A stretch of DNA of 64,000 nt from Escherichia coli (GCF_044324785.1 NZ_CP172127.1); one strand, 5' to 3'; positions 1-12,493 are shown, counted from the stretch's first letter. The notes: generated by a model not told the origin, from the sequence alone. Numbers and translations: made by a program.

Positions 1-1
1 A

Positions 2-589
2 ATAAAAGCAGGCAAGCTATTTACCGATATGTGCGAAGGCTTACCGGAAAAAAGACTTCGTGGGAAAACGTTAATGTATGAGTTTAATCACTCGCATCCA
101 TCAGAAGTTGAAAAAAGAGAAAGCCTGATTAAAGAAATGTTTGCCACGGTAGGGGAAAACGCCTGGGTAGAACCTCCCGTCTATTTCTCTTACGGTTCCA
201 ACATCCATATAGGCCGCAATTTTTATGCAAATTTTAATTTAACCATTGTCGATGACTACACGGTAACAATCGGTGATAACGTACTGATTGCACCCAACGT
301 TACTCTTTCCGTTACGGGACACCCGGTACACCATGAATTAAGAAAAAACGGTGAGATGTACTCTTTTCCGATAACGATTGGCAATAACGTCTGGATCGGA
401 AGTCATGTGGTTATTAATCCAGGCGTCACCATCGGGGATAATTCTGTTATTGGCGCGGGTAGTGTCGTCACAAAAGACATTCCACCAAACGTCGTGGCTG
501 CTGGCGTTCCTTGTCGGGTTATTCGCGAAATAAACGACCGGGATAAGCACTATTATTACAAAGATTATAAAGTTGAGCCTTCAGTTTAA
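2..589 (+). CDS. lacA: galactoside O-acetyltransferase, 5'-truncated by window edge
   Basis: ORF 29..589 matches LacA C-terminal sequence (hexapeptide-repeat acetyltransferase, ends ...YKDYKVEPSV); frame continues open to position 2. Confidence 0.95.
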   Translation: MKAGKLFTDMCEGLPEKRLRGKTLMYEFNHSHPSEVEKRESLIKEMFATVGENAWVEPPVYFSYGSNIHIGRNFYANFNLTIVDDYTVTIGDNVLIAPNVTLSVTGHPVHHELRKNGEMYSFPITIGNNVWIGSHVVINPGVTIGDNSVIGAGSVVTKDIPPNVVAAGVPCRVIREINDRDKHYYYKDYKVEPSV

Positions 590-607
590 ATAAGCACTGA
601 AATAAAT

Positions 608-635
608 GTCGGATGCGCCACTGGGCACATCCGAC
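608..635. terminator. convergent hairpin between lacA and cynX (stem gtcggatg / catccgac)
   Basis: 8-bp inverted repeat with 12-nt loop read directly in sequence, lying between the stops of two convergent genes. Confidence 0.45.
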
Positions 636-676
636 AATAATTCACTCTTCCAATATCTGGCGAAACAAGCGTCGCA

Positions 677-1831
677 TCATGCCTCTTTGACCCACAGCGG
701 CGGAAAACGTGCTGGTGCAAAACGCAGGGTTATGATCATCAGCCCAACGACGCACAGCGCATGAAATGCCCAGTCCATCAGGTAATTGCCGCTGATACTA
801 CGCAGCACGCCAGAAAACCACGGGGCAAGCCCGGCGATGATAAAACCGATCCCCTGCATAAACGCCACCAGCTTGCCAGCAATAGTCGGTTGCACAGAGT
901 GATCGAGAGCCAGCAGCAAACAGAGCGGAAATGCGCCACCCAGACCTAACCCACACACCATCGCCCACAATACCGGCAATTGCAGCGGCAGCCAGATAAG
1001 GCCGCAGAAACCCACCAGTTGTAACGCCAGTGCCAGCATTAAAAGTTTCCGCCGATCCTGATGGCGAGCCATAGCAGGCATCAGCAATGCCCCTGCTGCT
1101 TGCCCAAGCGTCATCAATGCCAGCAAGGAACCGCTGTACTGCGCGCTGGCACCAATCTCAATATAGAAAGCGGGTAACCAGGCAATCAGGCTGGCGTAAC
1201 CGCCGTTAATCAGACCGAAGTAAACACCCAGCGTCCACGCGCGGGGAGTAAATACCACGCGAACCGGAGTGGTTGTTGTCTTGTGAGAAGAGGCGACCTC
1301 GCGGGCGTTTTGCCTCCACCAGGCAAAGAGCGCAACAACGGCAGGCAGCGCCCACCAGGCGAGTGTTTGATACCAGGTTTCGCTATGTTGAACTAACCAG
1401 GGCGTAATGGCGGCACCAAGTCCACCGCCGCCCATCAGAGCCGCGGACCACAGCCCCATCACCAGTGGCGTACGGTGCTGAAACCGCCGCTTAATTACCG
1501 AAGGCATCACCGCCTGAATGATGCCAATCCCCACTCCACCAAGCAGTGCGCTGCTAAGCAGCAGCGCACTTTGGGGGTAAAGCTCACGCATCAATGCACC
1601 GACGGCAATCAGTAACAAACTGATGGCGACGCTGCGACGTTCGCTGACATGCTGATGAAGCCAGCTTCCGGCCAGCGCCAGCCCGCCCATGGTAACCACC
1701 GGCAGAGCGGTCAACAGGGCAGCCACGCTAAAGCTCATTCCGCTTGCCTGGCGCAATTGCGGTAGCAGTGGCCCGACGGAGGTGAGCAGTGGTCGCATAT
1801 TAAGACCAATCAGCACCAGAACCAGCAGCAT
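677..1831 (-). CDS. cynX: cyanate MFS transporter
   Basis: ORF 677..1858 is a multi-pass hydrophobic protein matching CynX; start trimmed to ATG at 1831 giving 384 aa (the length I recall); ATG at 1858 is an alternative. Confidence 0.88.
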   Translation of the reverse strand: MLLVLVLIGLNMRPLLTSVGPLLPQLRQASGMSFSVAALLTALPVVTMGGLALAGSWLHQHVSERRSVAISLLLIAVGALMRELYPQSALLLSSALLGGVGIGIIQAVMPSVIKRRFQHRTPLVMGLWSAALMGGGGLGAAITPWLVQHSETWYQTLAWWALPAVVALFAWWRQNAREVASSHKTTTTPVRVVFTPRAWTLGVYFGLINGGYASLIAWLPAFYIEIGASAQYSGSLLALMTLGQAAGALLMPAMARHQDRRKLLMLALALQLVGFCGLIWLPLQLPVLWAMVCGLGLGGAFPLCLLLALDHSVQPTIAGKLVAFMQGIGFIIAGLAPWFSGVLRSISGNYLMDWAFHALCVVGLMIITLRFAPARFPPLWVKEA

Positions 1832-1863
1832 CGTGAACGTCTTTTGATGGTTACGCATGGCTG

Positions 1864-2352
<489 letters not shown>

Positions 2353-2363
2353 TTAAAATAAGG

Positions 2364-3023
2364 TTACGCTGCGGTCGGTTGGCGTAGCGGTATGGCACAA
2401 ACGCGAGGATTAGCGGCCAGTGGCACAAACTGGCGGGTTGCGCCGTCAAAAGCTGCGATGCTGCCGCTTTCAATGTCGTAGACCCAGCCGTGCAGGGCGA
2501 TCCGCCCCTCTTCGAGCGCCAGGCGCACCGATGGATGAGTTTGCAAATTAGCCAACTGAGCAATGACGTTTTCACGTACCATCGCCGCAGCTTTTGACGG
2601 TAAATCGGGAAGCGGGCGCGCCTCATTAACGACGCGGGCTGAATCGGCATAACGCAGCCAGTGGGAGACGGCAGGCATATGGTCCATGCACTGACAGCTG
2701 GCAATGGCGGTCATCGCGCCACAGTTGGAATGACCGCAAATCACAATGTCAGATACCCGAAGCGCAGCGACGGCATACTCCACCGAAGCAGAAACGCCAC
2801 CGGGTTCCGGCCCGTAGGAAGGGACGATATTGCCCGCGTTGCGAATAACGAACAGATCGCCAGGCTCACGTTGCGTCACCAGCTCAGGGACCAGACGGCT
2901 GTCGGAGCAGGAGATAAAAAGGGTGCGCGGGCTTTGCTGTGTCGCCAGCTGTTTAAACAAGGCTTCCCGCTTCGGAAATGCCTCGCGCTGGAATTTAAGG
3001 AATCCATCAATAATCTCTTTCAC
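2364..3023 (-). CDS. cynT: beta-class carbonic anhydrase
   Basis: 219-aa ORF matching CynT (CSDSR and HxxCG zinc-ligand motifs present). Confidence 0.95.
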   Translation of the reverse strand: MKEIIDGFLKFQREAFPKREALFKQLATQQSPRTLFISCSDSRLVPELVTQREPGDLFVIRNAGNIVPSYGPEPGGVSASVEYAVAALRVSDIVICGHSNCGAMTAIASCQCMDHMPAVSHWLRYADSARVVNEARPLPDLPSKAAAMVRENVIAQLANLQTHPSVRLALEEGRIALHGWVYDIESGSIAAFDGATRQFVPLAANPRVCAIPLRQPTAA

Positions 3024-3073
3024 CGTTAACCTCTGTCTGTCTCTGGAATGAGAGGCAGACTACTCGCCGATTG

Positions 3074-3099
3074 TCATAAGGTAAAAGTCTCATTTATGA
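3074..3099. promoter_or_regulatory. dyad TCATAA-N14-TTATGA in cynR/cynT divergent intergenic region; candidate LysR-type (CynR) site
   Basis: Inverted hexamers read in sequence between divergent cynR and cynTSX; LysR regulators typically bind T-N11-A-like dyads upstream of the divergent target. Confidence 0.25.
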
Positions 3100-3132
3100 T
3101 GAGTTCTATTGGATTTACTTATAGGTTGGCGA

Positions 3133-4032
3133 ATGCTCTCTCGACATATCAATTATTTTCTTGCCGTGGCTGAACATGGCAGCTTCACCCGTGCAGCCAG
3201 TGCGTTGCACGTCTCCCAGCCAGCACTTTCCCAGCAGATTCGCCAGTTAGAGGAGAGTTTAGGCGTGCCGCTGTTTGACCGTAGCGGGCGAACGATTCGT
3301 CTCACTGATGCAGGAGAAGTCTGGCGACAGTACGCCAGCCGGGCTTTACAGGAACTGGGGGCGGGTAAACGGGCGATTCATGATGTTGCCGATCTGACGC
3401 GAGGATCGCTGCGTATCGCCGTCACTCCCACCTTTACAAGCTACTTTATCGGCCCTTTAATGGCGGATTTCTATGCGCGCTACCCCGGCATCACGCTCCA
3501 GCTACAGGAAATGTCGCAGGAGAAAATCGAAGATCTGCTTTGCCGCGACGAGCTGGACGTTGGGATTGCCTTCGCGCCTGTGCATTCGCCGGAGCTGGAG
3601 GCAATTCCTTTACTGACAGAAAGTTTAGCTTTAGTCGTGGCGCAATATCATCCGCTGGCTGCCTGTGAACAGGTGGCGTTGAGTCGCTTGCATGATGAAA
3701 AACTGGTCCTGCTCAGCGCGGAATTTGCCACCAGAGAGCAAATTGACCACTACTGTGAGAAAGCGGGGCTACATCCACAGGTGGTCATTGAGGCGAACTC
3801 AATTAGCGCGGTTCTGGAGCTGATTCGCCGCACTTCCCTTTCCACATTGTTGCCAGCAGCGATTGCCACACAACATGACGGGCTTAAAGCTATATCCCTT
3901 GCCCCACCGTTACTGGAGAGAACGGCGGTTTTGTTGCGGCGGAAAAATAGCTGGCAGACAGCCGCCGCGAAGGCATTTTTACACATGGCGTTGGAGGAAT
4001 GTGCGGATGTTGGCGAGAATGAATCACGGTAG
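3133..4032 (+). CDS. cynR: LysR-family transcriptional regulator of cyn operon
   Basis: ORF 3109..4032 trimmed to ATG 3133 ([22 protein letters not shown]..., 299 aa); HTH at N-terminus; divergent from cynTSX. Confidence 0.93.
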   Translation: MLSRHINYFLAVAEHGSFTRAASALHVSQPALSQQIRQLEESLGVPLFDRSGRTIRLTDAGEVWRQYASRALQELGAGKRAIHDVADLTRGSLRIAVTPTFTSYFIGPLMADFYARYPGITLQLQEMSQEKIEDLLCRDELDVGIAFAPVHSPELEAIPLLTESLALVVAQYHPLAACEQVALSRLHDEKLVLLSAEFATREQIDHYCEKAGLHPQVVIEANSISAVLELIRRTSLSTLLPAAIATQHDGLKAISLAPPLLERTAVLLRRKNSWQTAAAKAFLHMALEECADVGENESR

Positions 4033-4053
4033 CCACTGACACAGGTCAGTGGC
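4032..4053. terminator. bidirectional hairpin gccactgac-acag-gtcagtggc between cynR and codA
   Basis: Perfect 9-bp stem with 4-nt loop overlapping the cynR stop codon; convergent gene ends on both sides. Confidence 0.5.
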
Positions 4054-4071
4054 TCTTCAACGCAGAGGAAA

Positions 4072-5355
4072 TTACCGTTTGTAATCGATGGCTTCTGGCT
4101 GCTCCAGATATACGGTGGTTTGTGCTGGTTGGGTGCTGGCAATCACCTTACCGCCACGTACCGAATAGCGCACCGGAACCTGACGGCGCAGCGCATCAAA
4201 CCCATTTTCAGCCGGCAGGATAATCAGGTTGGCGCTGTTTCCGGCGGCAATGCCGTAATCCTGCAAATTCAACGTCCTGGCGCTATGGTGGGTGATTAAA
4301 TTCAGGCCGTCGTTAATCTGCCCGTAGCCCATCAACTGACAAACATGCAGCCCCATATGCAGCACTTGCAGCATATTCGCCGTTCCCAGTGGATACCACG
4401 GATCGAAGACATCATCGTGACCAAAGCAGACGTTAATGCCGGACTCCAGCATCTCTTTAACGCGCGTGATGCCGCGACGTTTTGGATAGGTATCGAAACG
4501 TCCTTGCAGATGAATATTGACCAGCGGGTTGGCGACAAAGTTAATACCGGACATTTTCAGCAAACGGAACAAGCGTGAGGTATACGCCCCGTTATAGGAG
4601 TGCATTGCCGTAGTGTGGCTAGCGGTGACTCGCGCGCCCATGCCTTCACGGTGCGCCAGGGCAGCAACGGTTTCGACAAAGCGCGACTGCTCGTCATCGA
4701 TCTCATCACAGTGAACGTCGATGAGACGGTCGTATTTTTGCGCCAGGGCGAAGGTTTTATGCAGCGACTCCACGCCGTATTCGCGGGTAAATTCAAAATG
4801 CGGAATCGCCCCCACTACGTCTGCCCCTAAGCGTAACGCCTCTTCCAGCAACGCTTCACCGTTGGGATACGACAAAATCCCTTCCTGCGGGAAGGCGACG
4901 ATTTGCAGATCAATCCACGGCGCGACTTCCTGCTTCACTTCCAGCATTGCTTTCAGCGCGGTCAGCGTTGCATCCGAAACATCGACATGGGTACGTACAT
5001 GCTGAATGCCGTTGGCAATCTGCCATTTCAGCGTTTGCCATGCGCGTTGTTTCACATCGTCATGGGTTAATAACGCTTTGCGCTCGGCCCAGCGTTCAAT
5101 GCCTTCGAACAGCGTGCCGGACTGATTCCAGTTCGGTTGTCCGGCGGTTTGCGTGGTGTCCAGGTGAATATGCGGCTCCACAAACGGCGGTAAAACTAAA
5201 CCTTGTTCGGCATCCAGGCTGTTTTCTGTTACGGGCATCACACCAGATTGCGTATCAATGGCGCTGATTTTTCCGTCGTGAAGATGAATCTGCCACAGCC
5301 CCTCTTTGCCGGGTAACCGGGCGTTAATAATTGTTTGTAAAGCGTTATTCGACAC
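4072..5355 (-). CDS. codA: cytosine deaminase
   Basis: ORF 4072..5370 matches CodA; start set to GTG at 5355 ([16 protein letters not shown]...), the known non-ATG start as I recall it. Confidence 0.94.
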   Translation of the reverse strand: MSNNALQTIINARLPGKEGLWQIHLHDGKISAIDTQSGVMPVTENSLDAEQGLVLPPFVEPHIHLDTTQTAGQPNWNQSGTLFEGIERWAERKALLTHDDVKQRAWQTLKWQIANGIQHVRTHVDVSDATLTALKAMLEVKQEVAPWIDLQIVAFPQEGILSYPNGEALLEEALRLGADVVGAIPHFEFTREYGVESLHKTFALAQKYDRLIDVHCDEIDDEQSRFVETVAALAHREGMGARVTASHTTAMHSYNGAYTSRLFRLLKMSGINFVANPLVNIHLQGRFDTYPKRRGITRVKEMLESGINVCFGHDDVFDPWYPLGTANMLQVLHMGLHVCQLMGYGQINDGLNLITHHSARTLNLQDYGIAAGNSANLIILPAENGFDALRRQVPVRYSVRGGKVIASTQPAQTTVYLEQPEAIDYKR

Positions 5356-6604
5356 TGTTAGCCTCCACATGCGTCATTGCTGCTGTCGTTTTACGATTCA
5401 AAATCGGGTTAAGGATCAGATAGCTCAGCGCGCCACCTAATACCGCGTTGACCGGAACAATTCCCGGTAACCAGTGGCCTGCGGCAATCCCCAGCGCGAC
5501 CGCCAGAATTGCCACCCAATTGACACTCATCATACGCGTGGTCGCAAAGTGCTCATAGCGGCGACGGTTCATCAGATAGTCAGCGATGATCACGCCCCCT
5601 ACCGGAGGAATAGCTGCCGAAAGGAAGGTCAGCCAGCCGACAAAATTGTTATACAGCCATAGTGCGCAGACCGTACCGATAATACCGTTGATTACCGAAA
5701 GGGTTTTGCTCGACATCCCGGTAATGTTGGCGAAACCTAAGCCCGACGCATAGAGCGCGTTATCGTTGGTGGTCCAGATATTCAGCCCCAGCACCACAAT
5801 CGCAGGCAGCAGCAGACCCTGAGCAATCATCACATCAGAGATATCCGCCATCCCCAGTGCCGCCGCGCCCGCTGCACCGAAAATAAACATCAACGAGTTG
5901 CCGAGGAAAAAGGCCACCATCGCCACCAGCACCGCCAGTTTGGCATTGCGACCAAACCGGACAAAGTCAGCGGTGAGCGTGCCCGCGCTGATAAATGACC
6001 CCACAACCAGCGCCAGTGCGACATTGAAATCTAACGGTTGTGCGGGAACGACCGCTTTTAATGCGTCCAGGCCGCCCATGCCATTAACAGCCAGCCACAC
6101 GGAATAACCGCCAAGGCAGGCGATAGCCGGAACCGCAATCACCGAAAGAACCGTCAGCGCCGAAATGCCAAAGAAGACGGTGACGGTCATCAGTAAACCG
6201 GAGACGGCAATCAGCAAATTAATATCCAGCCCGGTTGCCTTGCCCACCGGAATAGCAAACATCGCCACGCCAACGCCAAACCAGCCGACCTGAGTGCCGC
6301 CCAGCAGCAGTGAAGGCAGCCATGAGCCTTTAACACCAAACGAGAAGCGAGCAAGAAGATGAGTGGTCAGGCCGGTTTTTGCGCCAATGTAACCAAGAAA
6401 TGAAGTGTAAATACCGAGGAGAAGATTACCGATGAGGACTGCGAGGAAGAAATCATGATAGCTAAGACCGGTTCCGAGAGTGCCGCCGGTCCACATACTG
6501 GCGGAAAAGAAGGTTAATCCCAGCATGACGAACGTCAATGCCAATACCCCTTTCCGCGCCGACTGCGGGACTGGCCCCTGGCTAAAGTTGTTATCTTGCG
6601 ACAC
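5345..6604 (-). CDS. codB: cytosine permease
   Basis: 419-aa polytopic membrane protein matching CodB; 11-nt overlap with codA start indicates an operon. Confidence 0.95.
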   Translation of the reverse strand: MSQDNNFSQGPVPQSARKGVLALTFVMLGLTFFSASMWTGGTLGTGLSYHDFFLAVLIGNLLLGIYTSFLGYIGAKTGLTTHLLARFSFGVKGSWLPSLLLGGTQVGWFGVGVAMFAIPVGKATGLDINLLIAVSGLLMTVTVFFGISALTVLSVIAVPAIACLGGYSVWLAVNGMGGLDALKAVVPAQPLDFNVALALVVGSFISAGTLTADFVRFGRNAKLAVLVAMVAFFLGNSLMFIFGAAGAAALGMADISDVMIAQGLLLPAIVVLGLNIWTTNDNALYASGLGFANITGMSSKTLSVINGIIGTVCALWLYNNFVGWLTFLSAAIPPVGGVIIADYLMNRRRYEHFATTRMMSVNWVAILAVALGIAAGHWLPGIVPVNAVLGGALSYLILNPILNRKTTAAMTHVEANSVE

Positions 6605-6779
6605 GAAATTCCCCCTTTTTGCTGTTTGAAACCCAAAAAATCCGCCGCATTCTATTCATCTGAAGATAAAAAGCAATCGTTTTCGTGGGGAAATATATTT
6701 TTTATATGAATGAGTGCAAAAAGGTGGGGGAAAAATTATCGGTGTAAAAACAGTGGGTAGCCATAATAAGACGCGGTAA

Positions 6780-6834
6780 GCGTCGCATCAGGCATCGGCG
6801 CATGGTGTCGGATGCGCCAGGCGACGCATCCGAC
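6780..6834. repeat. REP-like palindromic element / terminator immediately downstream of prpE
   Basis: Nested inverted repeats (ggcgcat/atgcgcc and gtcggatgcg/cgcatccgac) read in sequence; GC-rich REP-like composition. Confidence 0.5.
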
Positions 6835-6840
6835 AATAAC

Positions 6841-8727
6841 CTACTCTTCCATCGCCTGGCGGATCTGATCCAACGACGCAGGATCATCAATGGTCGTCAG
6901 ATCCCCAGGATCGCGTCCTTCACAAATCGCCTGGATCGTGCGGCGCAGCATTTTTCCGGATCGCGTTTTCGGCAATTGCGAGACAAACCAGACGTGCGCC
7001 GGGCGACCAAAGTTGCCAATCTGGCTGTCCACCAGCGCCATAATCGCCTTCTCTTGCGAATGCGCCACATCACGATCTTCCAGACTGTCGCTCTCTTTCG
7101 GAATGACAAACGCCACCGCCACCTGCCCTTTCAGCGCATCTTTCACCCCAACCACCGCCACTTCGGCAACGCCCGGATGACTGGAGATACTCTCTTCAAT
7201 CTCGCGCGTCCCCAGCCGATGCCCGGCAACGTTAATCACATCGTCAGTGCGCCCGAGAATAAAGTGATAACCGTCAGCATCGCGGATACCCCAGTCAAAA
7301 GTGGCGTACACCGGACGGGAAAACAGCGACCAGTACGTCTTCACAAAGCGGTCGTCGTCGCCCCAAATGGTCTGAATACACCCCGGCGGCAGCGGCCCTT
7401 CCACCACCAGCATCCCTTTCTCGTTGACCCCGCACGGTTCGCCGGTAACTTCATTGAGCAACTGCACGTTGTAGCCATACATCGGCACGCCGGGGCTTCC
7501 CAGACGCGTCGGCCTGTCGTCCAGACCGCGAGCAATCGCCATAATCGGCCAGCCGGATTCGGTCTGCCAGTAGTTGTCGATGACCGGCACATCCAGCGTA
7601 TTGCTCACCCAACTGGCGGTCGGCTCGTCCAGCGGTTCTCCAGCCAGATAGAGCACTTCCAGCGACGAGAGATCGTGTTTGCGAATTTCAGCGGTAGGGA
7701 ATTTTTTCAGCACGCGAATGGCGGTCGGCGCTGAGAACATCCGGCTAACCTGATATTTCTCGACGATTTTCCACCACACACCGCAGTCCGGCCAGGTCGG
7801 CAATCCTTCGTAAACGATAGTCGCCATCCCCGCCAGCAGCGGCGCGTAGACGATATACGAATGCCCCACCACCCAGCCGATATCCGAAGCACAAAAGAAC
7901 ACACCGCCCGCTTTGCCGCCAAAAATGGTTTCCATCGAGGTCGCCAGCGCCACCGCATATCCGCCAACGTCACGCTGCACGCCTTTAGGTTTGCCGGTCG
8001 TGCCGGAGGTGTAGAGAATGCAGGAGGTTTCGTTGGATTCCAGCCACGCCACCGGTACCCGCGCGCCGATGTGTTGATGGCGCAACGACGCGAAATCGAC
8101 ATCCCGCCCGCTGACGCGTGCCATTTTCGCCAGCCCGCGATCCACCAGCAAAACATGGCGTGGCTGGTGCTGCGCCTGACTTATCGCATCGTCGAGCAAT
8201 TTTTTATAGGGAATGATTTTGCCACCGCGCGCTCCGGCATCAGCCGAGACAATCAGCACCGGTTTAGCATCATCAATTCGCGCCGCCACGCTGTGCGAGG
8301 CAAATCCACCAAACACCACCGAGTGAATAGCGCCAATGCGCGCGCAGGCCAGCAGAGTAATATGCGCTTCGGCAATCATCGGCATATACACCAGCACCCG
8401 ATCGCCACGCTGCACGCCCAATGAACGCAACATTGAGGCCACCGCGTTCACTTCGTCATGCAGCTGACGAAAGGTAAAGGTGCGCTCTTCTTCTGTTTCC
8501 GAAGAGACGGCAATCAGCGCCAGCGCCTCTGGCTGTTTCTCCAGCCAGCGGTCGATAGCGTTGTGACACAAGTTGGTTCGGCCTTCACAAAACCAACGGG
8601 CAAACGGCGGGTTGCTGTGGTCGAGCGTTTGCGTAAAGGGCGTCTGCCAGTCAATACGCCGGGCCTGCTCGGCCCAGAACTGCTCCGGTTCGTTAATCGA
8701 ACGCTGATAAAATTCGCTAAAAGACAT
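6841..8727 (-). CDS. prpE: propionate--CoA ligase
   Basis: 628-aa acyl-CoA synthetase matching PrpE (AMP-binding motif YTSGTTGKPKG). Confidence 0.95.
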   Translation of the reverse strand: MSFSEFYQRSINEPEQFWAEQARRIDWQTPFTQTLDHSNPPFARWFCEGRTNLCHNAIDRWLEKQPEALALIAVSSETEEERTFTFRQLHDEVNAVASMLRSLGVQRGDRVLVYMPMIAEAHITLLACARIGAIHSVVFGGFASHSVAARIDDAKPVLIVSADAGARGGKIIPYKKLLDDAISQAQHQPRHVLLVDRGLAKMARVSGRDVDFASLRHQHIGARVPVAWLESNETSCILYTSGTTGKPKGVQRDVGGYAVALATSMETIFGGKAGGVFFCASDIGWVVGHSYIVYAPLLAGMATIVYEGLPTWPDCGVWWKIVEKYQVSRMFSAPTAIRVLKKFPTAEIRKHDLSSLEVLYLAGEPLDEPTASWVSNTLDVPVIDNYWQTESGWPIMAIARGLDDRPTRLGSPGVPMYGYNVQLLNEVTGEPCGVNEKGMLVVEGPLPPGCIQTIWGDDDRFVKTYWSLFSRPVYATFDWGIRDADGYHFILGRTDDVINVAGHRLGTREIEESISSHPGVAEVAVVGVKDALKGQVAVAFVIPKESDSLEDRDVAHSQEKAIMALVDSQIGNFGRPAHVWFVSQLPKTRSGKMLRRTIQAICEGRDPGDLTTIDDPASLDQIRQAMEE

Positions 8728-8766
8728 AATGCTCTCCTGTTGAACTTACGCCTTACCGCCGTTTAC

Positions 8767-10218
8767 TTAAATGACGTACAGGTCGAGATACTCATTGACC
8801 GGCATCTGTTCCAGGCGAGTTCTGTCGAGAGAAACCTCCAGAATGCGCTGTTGCTGGCGAGTCGGGAACTGGCGCGCGAGATTGATTTTGAATTTATCGA
8901 CCAGTTTCGGAATACCATCCTGACGGCGGCGAGCATGACCAATGGGGTACTCCACCACCACTTCTTCAAATCGTGTGCCGTCGGTGAACTCAAGGGTAAT
9001 GGCATTGGCGATGGCGCGTTTTTCCGGGTCGTGGTAGTCAGCAGTAAATGCCGGATCTTCAAAGCAATTGATCTTCTCGCGCAGGGCGTCAATGCGTTTA
9101 TCTTGCGCAACGTTGTCCTCGTAATCTGCCGCCGTTAAGCGCCCGAATAGCAGCGGGATCGCCACCATGTACTGAATGCAGTGGTCGCGGTCAGCCGGGT
9201 TATTGAGCGGCCCTTTTTTGTCGATGATGCGAATACAGGCTTCGTGGGTGCGAATGGTCACTTTTTCGATATCCGCCGCCGTTTTGCCTGCTGCCTGCAT
9301 CTGTTCATAGAGCGTCATCGCCGCTTCAACTGCCGTCTGGGAGTGGAACTCCGCCGGGAAGGAGATTTTGAACAGCACATTTTCCATGACGTAAGAACCG
9401 TACGGGCGCTGGAAGCGGAACGACTCACCTTTAAAGGAGACGTCGTAGAAGCCCCACACAGGCGCAGTCAGGGCTGACGGGTAACCCATTTCGCCCGTTT
9501 TCGCCATCAGTGCCAGACGTACCGCGCGGGAAGTGGCATCGCCCGCCGCCCAGGATTTACGCGTGCCGGTGTTCGGCGCATGGCGATAGGTGCGCAGCGA
9601 CTGACCGTCCACCCACGCCAGCGAAACGGCGTTGAGAATTTCCTCGCGGGTCAGGCCGAGCATTTCGGCGACCACGGCGGTGGAAGCCACTTTCACTAAC
9701 AGAACATGGTCGAGGCCGACGCGGTTAAAGGAGTTTTCCAGCGCGATGCAGCCCTGAATTTCATGGGCTTTAATCATTGCGGTCAGCACCTGCTTCATGG
9801 TCAACGGCGCTTTGCCGCTGGCGACCGCGTTGCGCGAAAGCCAGTCCGCCGTTGCCAGAATGCCGCCGAGGTTGTCGGAAGGATGGCCCCACTCCGCCGC
9901 CAGCCAGGTATCGTTGAAATCGAGCCAACGGATCATCGCGCCGATGTTAAATGCCGCCTGGACGGGGTCGAGCTGGAACTGAGTTCCGGGGACGCGCACG
10001 CCGTTAGGTACGACGGTGCCAGGAACAATTGGCCCCAGCAGTTTTTTACAGGCCGGGTATTCGAGAGCTTCAAGACCGCAGCCGAGCGTGTCGAGCAGGC
10101 AGTAATGTGCGGTCTCGTAGGCCACTCTGGAGCTGATTTCGTAGTTCATGACGTAATCGACGATATCAACGATTTCACGATCAAATTCCGGGCGGATGTT
10201 GTTGATTTGAGCTGACAT
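8767..10218 (-). CDS. prpD: 2-methylcitrate dehydratase
   Basis: 483-aa ORF matching PrpD (MmgE/PrpD family). Confidence 0.95.
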   Translation of the reverse strand: MSAQINNIRPEFDREIVDIVDYVMNYEISSRVAYETAHYCLLDTLGCGLEALEYPACKKLLGPIVPGTVVPNGVRVPGTQFQLDPVQAAFNIGAMIRWLDFNDTWLAAEWGHPSDNLGGILATADWLSRNAVASGKAPLTMKQVLTAMIKAHEIQGCIALENSFNRVGLDHVLLVKVASTAVVAEMLGLTREEILNAVSLAWVDGQSLRTYRHAPNTGTRKSWAAGDATSRAVRLALMAKTGEMGYPSALTAPVWGFYDVSFKGESFRFQRPYGSYVMENVLFKISFPAEFHSQTAVEAAMTLYEQMQAAGKTAADIEKVTIRTHEACIRIIDKKGPLNNPADRDHCIQYMVAIPLLFGRLTAADYEDNVAQDKRIDALREKINCFEDPAFTADYHDPEKRAIANAITLEFTDGTRFEEVVVEYPIGHARRRQDGIPKLVDKFKINLARQFPTRQQQRILEVSLDRTRLEQMPVNEYLDLYVI

Positions 10219-10251
10219 TGGGTACGTTTCCTTATTGTTATTCGTAGAGGT

Positions 10252-11421
10252 TTACTGGCGCTTATCCAGCGCGACAAACTGGCGGTCTTCCGGTCCAACA
10301 TAATTGGCGGAAGGACGGATAATTTTGTTGTCCTGACGTTGTTCGATAATGTGCGCAGCCCAGCCAGTGACACGGGCGATAACAAACAGTGGTGTGAACA
10401 TCTCGGTGGGAACACCCATCATGTTGTAGGAAACAGCGGAGAACCAGTCGAGATTGGGGAACATCTTTTTGCTCTCCCACATCACCGTTTCCAGGCGATC
10501 GGCGATGTTGTACATCTTCAGCGAGCCGCCTTCCTGCGAGAGCTGCTTCGCCACGCGTTTGATCACCTGATGACGCGGGTCGGCGATGGTATAAACCGGA
10601 TGACCAAAACCAATGACCACTTCTTTGTTTTCCACCCGCTTGCGGATATCGGCTTCGGCTTCGTCCGGCGTTTCGTAGCGTTGCTGGATCTCCAGCGACA
10701 CTTCATTCGCTCCGCCGTGTTTCGGCCCGCGCAGTGCGCCAATTGCGCCAATAATGGCTGAGTACATATCAGAGCCGGTGCCCGCAATCACCCGGCTGGT
10801 AAAGGTGGAGGCGTTAAACTCGTGTTCGGCGTACAGCACCAGCGAAATATGCATCGCCTTTTCCCAGCTTTGCGACGGCTTTTCGCCATGCAGCAGATGC
10901 AGGAAGTGACCGCCGATGGAGTCGTCATCGGTTTCCGGCTGAATGCGTTCGCCGTTGTGGCTGTAGTGATACCAGTAGAGAAGAATCGAGCTAAGTGACG
11001 CCAGCAGTTTGTCGGCAATATCCCGCGCACCAGAAACGGTGTGCCCCTCTTTTTCTGGCAGCGTGCAGCCGAGCGCGGAAACGCCTGTGCGCATGATATC
11101 CATCGGGTGCGACGCCGCGGGTAAGGCTTCCAGCACGGTACGCACGTTAGCTGGTAAACCGCGCAGGGCTTTCAGTTTTGTTTTGTAAGCGGCGAGTTCG
11201 TCACGGGTCGGCAGTTTGCCGTGGATCAGCAGATGCGCCACTTCTTCAAATTCGCAATGTTCCGCCAGATCAAGAATATCGTAACCACGGTAATGCAAGT
11301 CATTGCCACTTTTACCCACGGTGCAGAGCGCCGTATTGCCCGCCGGAACGCCAGAAAGTGCTACCGATTTTTTCGGTTTAATGACATGGGTACTGTTTTG
11401 CAGGATCGTTGTGTCGCTCAT
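10252..11421 (-). CDS. prpC: 2-methylcitrate synthase
   Basis: 389-aa citrate-synthase-family ORF matching PrpC. Confidence 0.95.
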   Translation of the reverse strand: MSDTTILQNSTHVIKPKKSVALSGVPAGNTALCTVGKSGNDLHYRGYDILDLAEHCEFEEVAHLLIHGKLPTRDELAAYKTKLKALRGLPANVRTVLEALPAASHPMDIMRTGVSALGCTLPEKEGHTVSGARDIADKLLASLSSILLYWYHYSHNGERIQPETDDDSIGGHFLHLLHGEKPSQSWEKAMHISLVLYAEHEFNASTFTSRVIAGTGSDMYSAIIGAIGALRGPKHGGANEVSLEIQQRYETPDEAEADIRKRVENKEVVIGFGHPVYTIADPRHQVIKRVAKQLSQEGGSLKMYNIADRLETVMWESKKMFPNLDWFSAVSYNMMGVPTEMFTPLFVIARVTGWAAHIIEQRQDNKIIRPSANYVGPEDRQFVALDKRQ

Positions 11422-11465
11422 ATTGTCCTCGTCATTTGTAGGGTCGAGATATTTTTCGTTGTGTT

Positions 11466-12356
11466 TTATTTCACCTGGCTACGGGCAAACAGGTCGTCGA
11501 GCTTCTCTTCGTACTGGTAGTAGTTGATGCTTTCGTACAGCTCGTTGCGGGTCTGCATGGTGTCGATGACGCTTTTCTGCGTCCCTTCCTGACGCAGGAC
11601 GTTGTAGACATGCTCAGCGGCGCGGTTCATGGCGCGGAACGCTGAAAGTGGGTACAGCGCCATTGCGACATGGGCGCTGCGTAATTCGTCGGTGGTAAAC
11701 AGCGGTGTTGCGCCAAATTCGGTGATGTTGGCGAGGATCGGCACCTGCACCGCATCGGCAAACTGGCGGTACATGGCGAGTTCGGTAATCGCCTCCGGGA
11801 ACAACATCTCGGCACCCGCTTCAACATAGGCCTGCGCACGCTCAATCGCCGCATCCAGCCCCTCTACCGCCAGCGCATCGGTGCGCGCCATGATCACAAA
11901 ATCAGGATCGGTTTTCGCATCCACCGCCGCGCGGATCCGATCCACCATTTCTTCTTTCGAGACGATCGCTTTATTCGGGCGATGACCGCAACGTTTCGCA
12001 CCAACCTGATCTTCAATATGCAATCCTGCCGCACCGGCTTTAATCATCGATTTCACGGTGCGCGCCACGTTAAAAGCAGAAGAACCAAAACCGATATCCG
12101 CATCCACCAGCAGCGGCAGCGAACAAACGTCGGTGATACGGCGAATATCTGTCAGCACGTCATCAAGAGTAGAAATACCGAGATCGGGCAGCCCCAGCGA
12201 CCCTGCCGCCACGCCACCGCCGGAGAGATAAATTGCCTGATATCCGGCACGCTGCGCCAACAGCGCATGGTTGGCGTTGATGGTGCCGACAATCTGTAAT
12301 GGATTTTCTTTAGTCAGTGCAGCGCGAAACGCTTTACCTGGAGAGTGTAGAGACAT
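11466..12356 (-). CDS. prpB: 2-methylisocitrate lyase
   Basis: 296-aa PEP-mutase/isocitrate-lyase family ORF matching PrpB. Confidence 0.95.
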   Translation of the reverse strand: MSLHSPGKAFRAALTKENPLQIVGTINANHALLAQRAGYQAIYLSGGGVAAGSLGLPDLGISTLDDVLTDIRRITDVCSLPLLVDADIGFGSSAFNVARTVKSMIKAGAAGLHIEDQVGAKRCGHRPNKAIVSKEEMVDRIRAAVDAKTDPDFVIMARTDALAVEGLDAAIERAQAYVEAGAEMLFPEAITELAMYRQFADAVQVPILANITEFGATPLFTTDELRSAHVAMALYPLSAFRAMNRAAEHVYNVLRQEGTQKSVIDTMQTRNELYESINYYQYEEKLDDLFARSQVK

Positions 12357-12403
12357 AGCCCATCCTTTGTTATCAACTTGTTATTTGCGTTGATAAACAC
12401 AAA

Positions 12404-12418
12404 GCAAGGGGTGTGCCA
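12404..12418 (-). promoter_or_regulatory. sigma-54 (-24/-12) promoter of prpBCDE: TGGCAC-N5-TTGC
   Basis: Reverse complement of 12404..12418 reads TGGCACACCCCTTGC, a near-consensus RpoN promoter about 50 bp upstream of prpB; PrpR is a sigma-54 enhancer-binding protein. Confidence 0.65.
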
Positions 12419-12493
12419 CAATTGCCTTAATAAAATTAAATGTTTAATTTCAATTTGTTAGCAATATAGTCATGAAGTAATCCGCAAATATGC

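Noticed and set aside
6802-7734. 310-aa ORF on the plus strand, with further long plus-strand ORFs at 7861..8424 and 8458..9138, inside prpE/prpD
   Set aside because: They are antisense to confidently identified prpE and prpD, have Arg/His/Pro-rich low-complexity translations typical of the reverse strand of GC-rich genes, and have no recognisable family.
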